From positions 322,400,001 to 322,464,000 of the forward strand of contig OZ024740.1 of assembly GCA_964016885.1 (NCBI GenBank): DNA of 64,000 nt, written 5' to 3'. Origin of the DNA: Eledone cirrhosa. Lineage: Eukaryota. Each line of letters opens with the position of its first letter. Position 1 is the stretch's first letter. The position numbers and the translations under genes are program-made. Below are positions 1 through 12,939 of this stretch, piece by piece. The notes below the pieces were generated by a model that saw nothing but the letters and a program-made list of their open reading frames with translations, made no database searches and was not told the origin of the DNA.

Positions 1-348
1 ATTAATTATTTTATACATGTACATGTTATGCTTGTTATTTCACATTCCCTAAATGTACATTTTATACATTAAGAAAAACTTGGGTCATTTCAGATCATAG
101 GAGTTTTTTCCCTTGCATGAATTTTTGTCCTTAAAATTGCGAGGATTGTTTCAGTTGTTCAAAGCCCCCAACCCCCTTTTTCCATATTCAGATTGTTTGA
201 CTTTACGTGTACACACACACAATTTGTACATGAAATATTATATAATCAGCAACAAATGGTTTCATGATCTAACAGACTTTACAAGAACATTAACCACTTG
301 TCATCTCCTTGGGCTAATGTGTTTACAAATGGCTGTCATTACCATAAC

Positions 349-439
349 AGAAGTCTGATGAGCTTTTGATTCCAGAGTCAGGCCTGGTCGATACAAATCG
401 AGCCTTGAGCTAATCAATTGTGAAACGCGTGTCACACCT
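349..439 (+). ncRNA. Degenerate type I hammerhead ribozyme in a Penelope-like pLTR remnant
   Basis: CTGATGA at 355-361, long imperfect stem II (ttgatt/aatcaa), GAAAC-GCGT-GTC at 422-433 with a palindromic loop III, then AATAAA; stem I only partly paired. Confidence 0.55.
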
Positions 440-487
440 CAATAAATGTAATGAAGATCTAACACCTTGTCCTTTTTATTATATATC

Positions 488-703
488 GACAGTCGATCGA
501 CTTTCGTCAAATTGGACCTAGGAAACAATGTTTCCATTGCTCTTTCTAATTGCTAATACTATCTATTGGTTGCAACTCCAGGTAGAAGGAGCAACGTGAA
601 ATAAAGTGTCTTGCCCAAGGACATAATGCATCTCCTAGTCCGGGAATCAAATGCACAATCTCACGATTGCGAATTCAATTCTCTAACCACTCAGCCAAGC
701 ACC
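488..703 (-). mobile_element. tRNA-derived CORE-type SINE
   Basis: Minus strand has A-box-like tggctgagtgg, a B-box-like segment and the CORE-like gtccttgggcaagacactttatttcac; a homologous copy lies at 22591-22800. Confidence 0.75.
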
Positions 704-704
704 T

Positions 705-768
<64 letters not shown>

Positions 769-1325
769 TAACAATGTTTTTTTTTTTCTTCAGACTTTTA
801 ATTATTTCTTAGATTTTCTAATCTATGGTGTTTTTTGTACACAAATATTTACTATTTAAGACAATACTGCTCCACATTTGGCTCTGTTCCTGTTTTAACC
901 ATGGTGTGTGTCTTCTTCAGTCAAATTACTTTATAATTACCACACATTCTCATAGACAAAAATGATCTTATGAATGAAGTTCAAGCCTTTGATATTGTCA
1001 TTGTTGCTGCTGTTGTTATTGCTGTTTCTAATTTGTCAATATTTCAACCTGGTACACAAGTACTGACTTATTTTGCTGTTTAGTTTAAATATTTCATGAC
1101 TGTATTTCTAATGAAATATATTTTTATTATTCTTTTACTGGTTTCAGTCATTAGACTATAGTCATACTGGGGAACTATCTTTTACTTGATCATATTTATC
1201 TCAAATTTGGTACATATGTTATCAACTTCTTTTTGTTGAGCCAAGTTAAAGGACATAAATATAGACACAGACATGGGCACAGCACACGTCCTTGAAAAGT
1301 ATAAAATAGCACTAAAACTGCATCA

Positions 1326-1551
1326 TTAACCTTTTCGCCTTTACATTACTCTACATTTACTATTGTATTTTCATGGTAAAGGCTTTACCTTATGTTATTA
1401 TTTCACATATCGAATTTATGAGATTTTGATGTTATTTATTTTGAGAACAATACCTTAACATTGGTATGAGTGGCCGGTTACAGCTGGTTTGAACAGAAAG
1501 AGGTGAGAGAATTCTGGTCGGATACGTCCGGTTTAAATGCTAAAGGGTTAA
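1326..1551. mobile_element. piggyBac-like MITE
   Basis: Bounded by ttaaccttt ... aaagggttaa; the internal sequence recurs at about 45480-45690. Confidence 0.5.
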
Positions 1552-1725
1552 AGTCAGCTAATTTTTAAGCTAATACAGCTAATTTTCAACAGCTCACTTG
1601 AAAAGATACTATAAACATTTGAAGTAATAAACCATATGAAATCATATTATGAATACATTCTTGAAAAGTATAAAACATTTGAAGTAATAAACCATATGAA
1701 ATCATATTATCAAGATGCAGAATTA

Positions 1726-2540
1726 TCGATATGCAGAAAAGGAAGTGGCATAAATTCTATAAAATGCACATAATGCAGATCCTGGGTACACAAGAGATGT
1801 AGCGGGATAGCAGGCAAACTAACAGGTAGGGAGAAATATGTATGCAGTAGATGTACAGGGAAATTAGACAGTAGAAGTCGCATTGAGACACATTTTTCAA
1901 ATGCAGGAGGGTGCTATAGAAGTGGTTGATAGCTTCCGGTACCTAGGAGATCAGATTAGCATGGGGGGAGGGTGTTCCAAGGCCATAGTATCTAGAATGA
2001 CGGGTTGGAAGAAGTTTAGGGAGCTGCTTCCTCTGCTGACGAAGAAGGGTTTCTCCATGCGTACGAAAGGCCGATGGTATGATGCCTGTGTGAGGAGCGC
2101 GATGCTGCATGGTAGTGAGACATGGGCAGCAACTGCAGAGGATATGTGATGGCTGGAGAGAAATGAGGCAAGCATGCTCCGTTGGATGTGCAATGTAAAT
2201 GTGCGTGAACGACCCAGCATGAATGTGTTGAGAGAGAAACTGTGTCTGAGAGGGATAGAATGTAGTGTACGGGAGAGGAGACTGAGGTGGTATGGACATG
2301 TGATGCGCATGGAGGATGACCGATGGGTGAAGAAGTGCCAGGAAATGCCAGTTGAAGGAAAACGTGGTATAGGTAGACCACGAAAAACATGGGCGGAGGT
2401 GGTGAGAACAGATCTCAGATCGTTGAAGCTCATGGTGGAGATGATGAAGGGCCATGACGAGTGGAGAGATGCTATGCTGAATAAGACCCGTCTCACCCTT
2501 GCGAGCAGGGAAGAGCGGACGTAAAATGATGATGATGATG
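1726..2540 (+). mobile_element. 5'-truncated RTE-clade LINE (RT C-terminus), disrupted
   Basis: [33 protein letters not shown] and GRPRKTW motifs with stops and frameshifts; ends in ggacgtaaaa(tga)n. Confidence 0.9.
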
Positions 2541-2949
2541 AATACATTCTTGAAAAGTATAAAATAATACTATGGCTGCACCACATTAAAAATGAGTAAT
2601 TCTAATAATCTGAGTAATTCACAATAATCTGTCCAGTAGTAAAGAAACTATAAACATTTGAATTAACAAAACAGACTTCTTAGAAAGTACAAAACAGTAT
2701 TATGGCAGCATCATTATAAAATCTTTTATGCTAATACTATAAATTTTCACAATGATCTGTTCCCTCATAGAGTTACTATGAATATTTGAATTAACCTTTT
2801 TTTAATATTATTTTCTACTAAATCATTACAGGATGTTAAGAGTTAATGACAAAGAGGTCAGTAGCCAGTATCTCATCTACTTCACCTCTGGGGCCACAAA
2901 GGCTTCTAGTTCATTCTTTCAGCTGCACCATACAGTACATAGTCCGTAT

Positions 2950-3009
<60 letters not shown>

Positions 3010-3020
3010 ATAATGATAAT

Positions 3021-3202
3021 TGTTTCTACTTTTGGCACCAGGCCAGCAATTTTCCCAGTGCATTACTGTACTTTATTTTATCGACCCCGTAAGGATGAAA
3101 GGCAATGTTAACCTTGGCGGGATTTGAACTCATAAAGGGAGGTAACTCTATGCTTCAAAGCATGGCGCCCGACCCTCTACCGATACTGCCAATCCACCGT
3201 CC
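3021..3202 (-). mobile_element. tRNA-derived SINE with a Meta-like central domain
   Basis: B-box gagttcaaatcc and gcctttcatccttacggggtcgataaaataaagta on the minus strand; flanked by the direct repeat tatataaagataatgataat (TSD). Confidence 0.8.
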
Positions 3203-3532
3203 TATATATAAAGATAATGATAATAGTAACAAAACATACATGTATTTTAATAAGAGCAGGATGTAACTTCCTCAATTTTCTACTTAAAAATATATTGTTG
3301 TTGTCGTTACTGTTGTTGTCTTGCATTCATTATCTGTTACCTAGTACTGGCTGACTGCTCACCAACCAACCACTCTGATATACCAGCCAGCCAGCCAACC
3401 ACTCTGATATACCAGCCAGCCAGCCAACCAACCACTCTGATATGTAGGGAAAATTGAAGCTTCATAGTAAAAACATTATCTGTATGTGTGTAGTAGAATG
3501 ATGAGTAACTCTTAGGAATATGTTATTCAATA

Positions 3533-3587
<55 letters not shown>

Positions 3588-3651
3588 ATATCTATATATG
3601 ATTGTGTGTGGTGTGTGTGTATATATATATATATATATGATTGTGTATGTC

Positions 3652-3700
<49 letters not shown>

Positions 3701-4529
3701 ACACACACACACCTGTAATAGGAGTAATACAATGTGCTGTGTGTGTATCATTAAATGATGATATATCATCATGATAAAATTGGAGGTCCTTATCATTAAA
3801 ACACCCAGGAATTTGTGATGCAATCTCATATGAGGTCAACTAAACCTACATAGGTGTGAGCTGTAACAACAAATAACAATAACAACAGCACACAAACACA
3901 CATGTAATATTAGTTATACAAACTAAATGCTTCATAGCATTTACAACAAATCAACTTTACTTCAGAGATTTCTAACATCAGCCAAGTTTCACCTCAACAA
4001 CTCCATCGTAGTTTTACACAAGTTTATTGTGTAAGCACAATTGTTACTCATTATATCAAAATGCCTGTCTAACTTCTGTACAAGTCTATTTAGTGCTATA
4101 GAAATGTTGTAACTACATCATATTAGATCCATGTAATTCAGTAATGTTCATACCACAGTACCAAATATGTAGAGGGGGTACAAATGTATTAGAGCCAGTG
4201 TCTGGGTATTTAGTGCCCCAGGCTAGCTCTACAATGGGCACCCACTGCTTCTAGATATATGCCCCATTTTCCGAAATAATTTTAACTTATAGTTTGGCAA
4301 GCTGACAAACTTAGATTTTGACACTTCTTGCTGTGACCACACTAAAAAAAAATGACTAAGCATTTTCTACTACATAGTTAACACTTACCCATGCCAAATC
4401 ATGTGATAGGTCATAAAATCATACGATTATCTCAACCACTTAGGATATTTCCACAATGCTTCTACACAGCAAAATTATTTAGTGACTTGTTTGTATTCTT
4501 CTCCTCCCCTCTTTTCTTTGCCCTCTTAT

Positions 4530-4900
4530 TCTTGAGAGGGTCATGGGGGCAGAGTCCTCAAGCACACCTTCCAGAAGGTCCTGTCAGAAGCAGCCATCTT
4601 CAACTGATCTAGCTGGATCCCCAATTGCGACCAACAGAGCTCATGGATGTTATCCAACCATCTTGCTCAGAGTTTACCTCTGATCACCTGCTAGTTGGTT
4701 TCAACTGTAAAATCTCTCCAGTCATTCTTTTCTGAGACATTCTGACCACATGCCCATAGTATTGAAACTGTGGTCCCTCAATTTGGAGAAGTAGTGGTTC
4801 TACCTGGAGCGACTCTCTGATCTCTGAATTACACACTTGAGTAACATTACTCCAAAGACCCTTTGGAAGAACCCTATTTCGGTCACTTGTATTCATGAAC
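4530..4900 (-). mobile_element. Decayed RTE LINE 3' fragment
   Basis: Minus ORF with NSEIRESLQVEPLLLQIE..QYYGHVVRM; same family as 27075-27420 and 63711-63851. Confidence 0.75.
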
Positions 4901-5449
4901 AAATTTGTATAAAACTGCGATCCTTTGTGGTTCAAGAATGCACCTCTTGGAGGTCTGCTCCTTAGATAGTTGCCTAGTTAGCCTTAATGGTAACACTGGT
5001 CCTGGGTATACTCTAATATGTATCAGGAGTATCAAACATGTAGAGAGGTACAGTGTAATAGATACCTATGTACTAAACACTCATCTATATCAGGCAACAT
5101 TTCAACCACATGTGAAGGGTATGTAGAATAAGAACAGTTTTTCTTAATAATTTATACTTTAAAAAATACAAGGAATGTGTGTGCATGCATGCATGTGTGT
5201 GTGTGTAAATCATAAATTAACACCCACTTTCCATGTTGGCATCAATTTGACAGGATGTCACTGTTTGAGAATGGATGGGTTGAAGAACCACATCTCGCTC
5301 ATATTTTGGCACAGTTTCTATGACTTGATGTCCTTCCTAACACCAACCATTTTACAGTATGTATCTCTCTCTCTCACACACGCATAAATAAGGAACTTAA
5401 CAATGACTACATTTAACTACATACACATACACGCACACATGTGTGTGTA

Positions 5450-6040
5450 TCATCATCACGGTTTTACACCCATTCTTCCACGCTAGCATGGGTTAGACGG
5501 GTTGTCCTGTTGTGGGCAATGCTGTTCATACGGGAACAGATTTTAGCTTGATGTCTACAGCTGGATGCCCTTCCTAACACCAACCTCATTTACAGTGAGT
5601 ACTGGGTGCTTTTTTACCGTGTCGCCTACACAACCACTTTACAGTGTGGACTCATTGCTTTTTTTGTCATGACACTTCCACGACAACTTTGCAGTGGTAG
5701 GGGTTGGGGGCATATTGTCTATATGCGTCAACTTCGGCTTGTACCCATGGGAAGTCGGGTCTTCTGTATTACTGTGTAATGCCAGAGGTCTCGGTCCTGT
5801 GTCATCACCCTTGAGAGGTGCAATTGGGCAAGATCAGCTTTTATCACTTAATTCCAGGTCTTGGGTCTCCCCACTCCAAGGCTTCCATCAACTTTTAGTA
5901 CTCTGCATCTTTTTATGCAGCTGTCATCCTTCATACGCATCACATGTCCATACCAATGCAACCTCCACTCCTGCGCACAGCATTTGATTCTTCTTATGCT
6001 CAGTCTCTCTCTCAATTCATTTATGCTTTGCAGTTTGCAT
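5450..6040 (-). mobile_element. RTE LINE 3' end with internal deletion
   Basis: Reverse-complement homology to 61320-61930, including WYGHVMRMKDD, the 3' UTR and the (GAT)n tail. Confidence 0.85.
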
Positions 6041-6088
6041 ATATAATATATGTGTGTGTGTGTGCGTGCGTGCGTGCATGCACGTATT

Positions 6089-6302
6089 TGAGGGGTTGCT
6101 GAAAAGTTCCTGGCTTGATTGCTGCTACAGAGGCCTGGATGGAGGACAAACCTTCTGAGTCCTTTTTATAGGGCTTAGAAAACTGAGGGGCTGCCGCAAT
6201 AAGTTTGTGAATCTGAGAGAGGAATATGTTGAATAAAATCAATTAACTGATCCTCCTGTATTTTCTTTCCCCCAAAGTCAGGAACTTTTCAGCACTCCTC
6301 AT
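6089..6302. mobile_element. mariner-type MITE
   Basis: TIRs gaggggttgctgaaaagttcctg / caggaacttttcagcactcctc followed by TA. Confidence 0.75.
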
Positions 6303-6312
6303 ATGTATACAT

Positions 6313-6352
<40 letters not shown>

Positions 6353-6419
6353 ATATCATGTGTGTACACATGTGTGTTTATCATATGCGTGTACATATAT
6401 ATATATATTTGTGTATGTA

Positions 6420-6450
<31 letters not shown>

Positions 6451-6451
6451 G

Positions 6452-7531
6452 TAAGCTAGGTAAGCTAACTAAGAATATAGATTTTATATGTGGCCGGTGC
6501 TCTGGTGCAATAAGTAGCAGCAAGTGCCCACAGAATACTAGCTCATTCCATTGCACAGAGGGTTCTATAGAAATAGTGGACAGCTTCCGTTACCTGGGTG
6601 ACAAAATCAGCAGTGGGGGAGGGTGCTCTGAAAGTACAGTAGCTAGAGTCAGAACGGGGTGGAAAAAGTTCAGAGAGCTTATACCACTATTGGCCGCTAA
6701 AGGGTTCTCTCTAAAAATGAAAGGCAGGCTGTATGATGCCTGCATACGAACAGCAATGTTACATGGCAGTGAGACCTGGGCATTGTGTGCAGAGGATATA
6801 CGCAGACTGGAGAGAAACGAAGCTTGCATGCTCCGCTGGATGTGTAATAGTAATATACGTGAACGGCAAAGCATAAACGAACTAAGGGAGAAATTAGGAA
6901 TAAGAGGGATCAGATGTTGTTTACTCGAGAGAAGACTACGTTGGTACGGTCACGTGATGCGGATGAAAGACGACAGCTGTATAAAAAAGTGCAGGCCGAT
7001 AAAAATAGACGGTAGCCACGGAGTAGGCAGACCCAGAAAATCCTGGGACGGCTTGATAAATTCCGACCTCACACACTTACACCTCTCCAAGACAATGTCA
7101 CTGGACCGAGATCTTTGGCGCTACACAGTTATACAGAAGACCCGCCTTGCCTAAGTACAAAGCGAAACCTACAGTCAGTAGGCACCTCTAACAAAATACA
7201 CCCCCGTCCCACTACCCCCACCCCATCCACACCACCCCCTTAAATGTGAAGTTATGTTGGTACCATTACATCCAGTCCGAAACAAAGGTCGTGTAGGTGT
7301 CACAACAAAAAAAAAACACACAGTCTACACTGTAATGTGGCCGTGTAGGTAACACGGTAAAAACCTCCCAGTCCACACTGTAAACGTGGTTGGTGTTAGG
7401 AAGGGCATCCAGCCGTAGAAAACCCGCCAGACAGTGCTGAGCAAGACAACCAATCTTGCCTCAAGTGGGACAATTCCCGTCCAGACCCATGCTAGCGTGG
7501 AAAATGGACGTTAAACGATGATGATGATGAT
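6452..7531 (+). mobile_element. 5'-truncated RTE LINE with open RT C-terminal frame, 3' UTR and (GAT)n tail
   Basis: ORF to 7154 with [17 protein letters not shown] and RRLRWYGH; inserted in a TA/TG microsatellite; close inverted copy at 48549-49680. Confidence 0.93.
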
Positions 7532-8094
7532 GTATGTATATATATATATATATATAATGTATATTATATCAGTGGTGCTATTAAGTTAGACATGGCCTGG
7601 GTCAACACTGGCCGAAACCTGTCAAACATATATTTATAAGGACCTTAATGTGGTTGTAATGTTTTATCTTTCAATAGTAACTGATGAACTTAAGTTTTTT
7701 TCAAATATCACTGTCCAGCCATCTACATCTGGCATAGTGGGTCTTTACCAACCTCCAGACATGCAAACACACACAAATACACACTAACACAGACACCACA
7801 TACATATACTGTGTCTTTATGAACTCTAAACTTACAAACATACAAAAACACTCACATACATGCACGCACATACACTTTGTTAGCTTTCACTAACACCATA
7901 CACATATAAGCATACCCCAAACCTCACACACATTCTAACTTTCTGTTTATCTTTCTCTCTCTCACTCTAATCCAATAAACAAGTTTTACTTTAGCAAGAC
8001 CACATACACTCACATACTCTCTCTCTCTCTAATAATGTTACCCCAGCAAGGCCATAACTGAAATATTTTCTTGTCTTTTTTTTCAATATACTAA

Positions 8095-8590
8095 CCACTA
8101 TCACATCAACAACACTACCAAACCATAACAACACCGTACCACCCCAATAACAACAGCAGCAACACCACCACAACAATAACAGCAGCAACACCACCACCAC
8201 AATAGCGGCGGCAGCACCACCACCACAACAATATAAGTAGCAACTCCATCACAACAACAACAACAACAACAACACTACACCACCACAATAACAGCAGCAG
8301 CACCACCCCTATCACAGCACCACCACACCAACAACAACACTACACGACAACCATCCCACAACAATAACAACAACGCCACTACACTATATCACCCCCACAA
8401 CATCACACCACCACCTCGACAACACTGCACCACCACCACCATAACATCACTACACCACCACCACCACCACAACATCACACTACACCACCACCACAATAAC
8501 ATCACAACAATAACAGCACCACTACCACTAACTACCACAACAAGAATACTACACCACCCCCACAACAATAACAACACCAGCACCACAAGT
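8095..8590. repeat. (CAC/CAA)n low-complexity tract
   Basis: Imperfect trinucleotide repeats. Confidence 0.9.
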
Positions 8591-8654
8591 TGTTTGTTGT
8601 TTTTCTTCTGGAGTTTATCAAGTTTCTTGTCAATGAAGATGGATTTTTGTGTCA

Positions 8655-8793
8655 ATTAATAACAATTGTGGGCAGGGTTAAAGTTGCCAATTAATAACAG
8701 TTGTGGCTGGGGTTAAAGTTATCAATTAAATAACAGTTGTGGGCAGGGTTAAAGTTGCCAATTAATTACAGGTGTAGGCGGGGTTAAAGTTGT
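8655..8793. repeat. About 35-bp minisatellite, 4 copies
   Basis: aattaataacagttgtgggcagggttaaagttgcc repeated. Confidence 0.9.
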
Positions 8794-9414
8794 TATTGTC
8801 TTTGAGAATACTTGAATGTCATTCCAACTAAGAATGTCAACAGACTCTATTAATAAGGAGGAATCTGATAGTGTGGAATGGAAAGATTTAAAGATTTTCA
8901 CCTCACTGATTTCTTTGATTAATGCTCTTTGGAAACATGCAATGAATTGACAGAGTTCTAAAGGCGTTGGATTAATTACCTTAATATTTATTCTGGCTCA
9001 TGGTGATCTGAGTTCAAATCCTGTCGAGGTCTACTTTTCCTTTCATCTTTTTAGATTTGACAAGTAAAATGGTTTCTGATTTAGGCACAAGGCCAACAAT
9101 TGGGGGGGGGGGGGGTCAATTAAATCGACCTCAGTGCGTTACTGGTACTTTATTTTATCAACCCCATAAGGATGAATTTGACAAAATACCAGTTCAAAGG
9201 TGCTGGATTGGCAGAATTGTTAAAGAGTTATACTATCTGATCTGGCTGTGTATGTTCTCAGTTCAAATCCTACCTCCTTCTGTCAGTATCAACAATAGAA
9301 TCAACAATAGAAAGATCAATGGACGCATTGGTTCCTTTGCCTGATCAGATGATCGACTCCTTTTCTGTATTATTTTTTTTTTTCATGTAAATATGGAATG
9401 TGATTAAGAAATGT

Positions 9415-9446
<32 letters not shown>

Positions 9447-10840
9447 TTTACGTTTGCTTTCCATGCTAGCATGGGCTGAACTTGTACTTGTGTGGATATT
9501 CACTCAGCCAGTGTAATAACATCATAAACAGAGGCTGTACACGAATGGCAATCAGTCAGTCAGTCATGATTCCAACAGCCAACACCATATATGTGAAGAC
9601 CAGATATTAGTTCAAGATCTGACTTGATCATGCCAAGCTATGTTTTCACTTGACCACCATGTAATTTAGACCATATTAGGATTACACTAACTGCATTGAA
9701 TGGATGAGTCATCAAGCTCCAATTAATTTTTTATTCAGAGGTACTTCTCCCTGAGATAGGACCATATCTCACTTGTACATTCTATTGGCAATGTTTGGCA
9801 ACCTCACAAAGATGACATAGAATTGACCTGATTGGTGATTTGCCATAATACAAAAGACCTGTCATCCTGCACTGTGATACAGTATGTAAATGTAATGAAT
9901 GATGAGAGGCAACATTGTTGGTGATCAAATAGAGGATCCTTCAGTCAGCATGTAACCACCTCTCTAGTGCCAGTGCCACAATAAAATGTACTCAGTACAA
10001 CCTGTATGGTGGTTGGTATTAAGAATGTCATCTAGCTATAGAAACCATGTGGAATGTATGAACAAGATGAGGTCACTCCAATCCATCTGTTCTTGGACTG
10101 TAAAAACCTGTCAGCCCATGCCTGTATGGAAAGCAGATTAAAATGATGATAATGTATACAGCTAGTATACATTAGGTGCCCTTCCTAACATTAATCACTT
10201 TACTCAGTGTACAATGTTTTTAGATCTCATAGTTTTTACACTGAGCTATTTGTTTCGCATTTGTAAAACCTCAAATGTTTTGCAAATATTACAATTTTGT
10301 AAATATATTTCAACAATGCTAGTTATTACAACTTCCTGTAAATATGGTCCAATAATGTTGATTATTACAACTAAATACAGTTCAATAATGTTGATTATTA
10401 TACGTGAGCTCTGTAAGCCTCTGTGAAGGCTACCCATCTAGGAAAGTAGAAACTCCAAATAAAAACTGTTACAACCTCTCTAGTGCTGATGGCATGAACA
10501 GTGCACCCAGTCCACACTGTAAAGTAGTTGGTGATAGGAAGGGCATCCAGTCAGAATTATGAGTCCAACTCGTGCAAGCATGGAAAAGTGAACGTAAAAA
10601 CGAGGATCTTCCAATATTGAAACTAAAGCTGTAATGTAGAAATTGTGACAAAACTGGAACATATATAAGTAAGACATGACCCCTGGCTTGTCTTACAGGA
10701 CAGGAGCTCTGATTAATTAGTGACTTGGTTTGTAACAACACATCTAACCTATACCAGCATGGTGAAACAAATGTAAAATGATGATAATGAGTGTGTGTGT
10801 GGTTTATGTTTACTGTCTTGTAACTTAGTAGTTCGACAAA

Positions 10841-11030
10841 GAGTGTGGTGCCCCAGCACCCAGTATGGCCACAGTCTAATGACTGAAGCCAATAAAAGTG
10901 TGTGGTGCCCCAGTATGGCCACTGTCTAATGACTGAAACCAATAAAAGTGCGGTGTCCCAGTATGGCCAGTCTGACTGAAGCCAGTAAAAGAGTGTGGTG
11001 CCCCAGCATGGCCTCAGTCTAATGATTGAA
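10841..11030 (+). repeat. Tandem repeat of a SINE-derived unit of about 48 bp, about 4 copies
   Basis: gtgtggtgccccagYatggccacagtctaatgactgaaRccaataaaa; the single-copy reverse complement occurs at about 1133-1175, 12410-12452 and 45430-45475. Confidence 0.8.
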
Positions 11031-12939
11031 AGTGTGTTCAGTGACTGTTTTGCTCTCCCAATTTCATTAATGTCAAAGTGACGCAATGTTTAATAGTAAT
11101 TTATTCCTCAGTTGGTTATATAAATAACTGTTATTGTTATTTTGGTTGTGTGTGATGTATGTATGTGTATGATGTATGTATATGTGTTTATGTATGTGTG
11201 TATGTGATGTATGTATGAATGTGTGTGATGTATGTATGTGTGTGTATATGTGATGTATGTGTGTGTGATGTGTTTATAGTGTGTGTGTGTCTAATTGATG
11301 AGCAACTGACTAAGTTATTTAAATATTTTACTGACTTTTACTCTTGTTTGTTGTTGTTTGTGTTGTTGTTGTTTCAGCAGTTTTTCGGTTGTTATCGTCA
11401 AACACTTCATAGCTTTAAAGAAACCATAGTCACTTAATAGCTTCTCTTCTGGCTTAGTAGATTTTAGACTTGTGAAAGATGATAGTAGTAGTAATAGTGG
11501 TGGGGATGGGGGTAATGGTGGTGGTGGTGGTGGTGGTAGAAATAGTGGTGGTGGTGGTAGTAATAGAAGTAGTGGTGGTGATGGTGGTGGTAGTAGGAAT
11601 AGTAGTGTTCATCATTTTTACATCTGTTTTTTTCATGCTTGTATGGGCTAGATGAGTCCTCTCCAGTACACTGTTGCTCCACCTGTGGTGTTCCTTCATC
11701 GACGCTTCACCTCTCACCATTTTCCCCCTAGTATTCCTTAACCAGTGTCCTTCCATTTGTCTCTTTTCTTCATCATCTCATTCATGAAGTCAACCATCCT
11801 TAGATCAGCTGTCACCATTTCTCTCCAAGTATTCCTTGGTATCTTCCTCTTACCACAGTGTCCCTCCACTCGTCTCTTTTCTTCATCATCTCTTTCGTGA
11901 AGTCAACCATCCTGAGTTCAACTTTCGCCATTTTTACCTAAGTCTTCCTTGCCCCTACGTCTTACCACTTTCCTGAAGTCAACCATCTTGAGGTTACCTC
12001 TCACCAATTCTGTTCAAGTATTTCTTGGCCCTACATCTTACCACAGCATCCCTCTTCCCTGAAGTCGACTATCTTGAGATCACCTCTCACCATTTCTGTG
12101 CATGGCCTACCTCTTACCACATGTTCTATCCACTTATCTCTATCCACTTATCTCTATCCTTCCACATCTCCTTTGTGAGTTTTATAAGCAATTACTAATT
12201 TGTATTCTTGCCCATCTTTTCCCTCACCACTCTTACTTTCCAACAACAACCATGCTGCCACATTGTCTGTCTTCCAGTTCCCTCAAGAGGGCAGTAGTAT
12301 CCACTTTGGAAATCACTCACTTAGAACATGAAGATTATAGGGATTCCTATGTAAAAACAAAAAAAAAAAGTTTGGATTGTAAATTATCAAGTTGAGCGAC
12401 TTCTATTCTTTTACAGGTTTCAGTCATTAGAGTGTGGCCATGGTGGGGCACTGTTTTACTGATGTTTGTTAAATATTTTCTAAGGTATCTATTGATTACC
12501 TCTCATTAATCCATTTCACTTGATTTCATTAACCAATCAGCTATGACTGTTGAAAGCAATCAGTGTCATGTATCAATAATTCTAACTAAATTATTAACCT
12601 AGTTTCCAGTTGCTAATATGTTATTTGCATTAGTTGTGTACTCAGCTGTCAATCATCGGCCATATTTCACCAGTTTTACCTTGTTGTTGTCATGGATTAA
12701 ATGATCTGATCTGATAGCAAACATCACTCTTGATAATATCATTAGTATTAGTTATGGTTGATGTTATATTGTATTAGTGGTTAGGGAACTAGGCTTATGA
12801 TTGTAAGGTCAAGAGTTCAATTTCCAGACTGAGCAGTGCATCATGTCCTTGAGCAAAACACTTTATTTCACATTGTTTTAGTTCACAAGCTGTATCATCT
12901 CTTGTCTTTGCTTTGGACAGCATCATATATAGAGAATAT

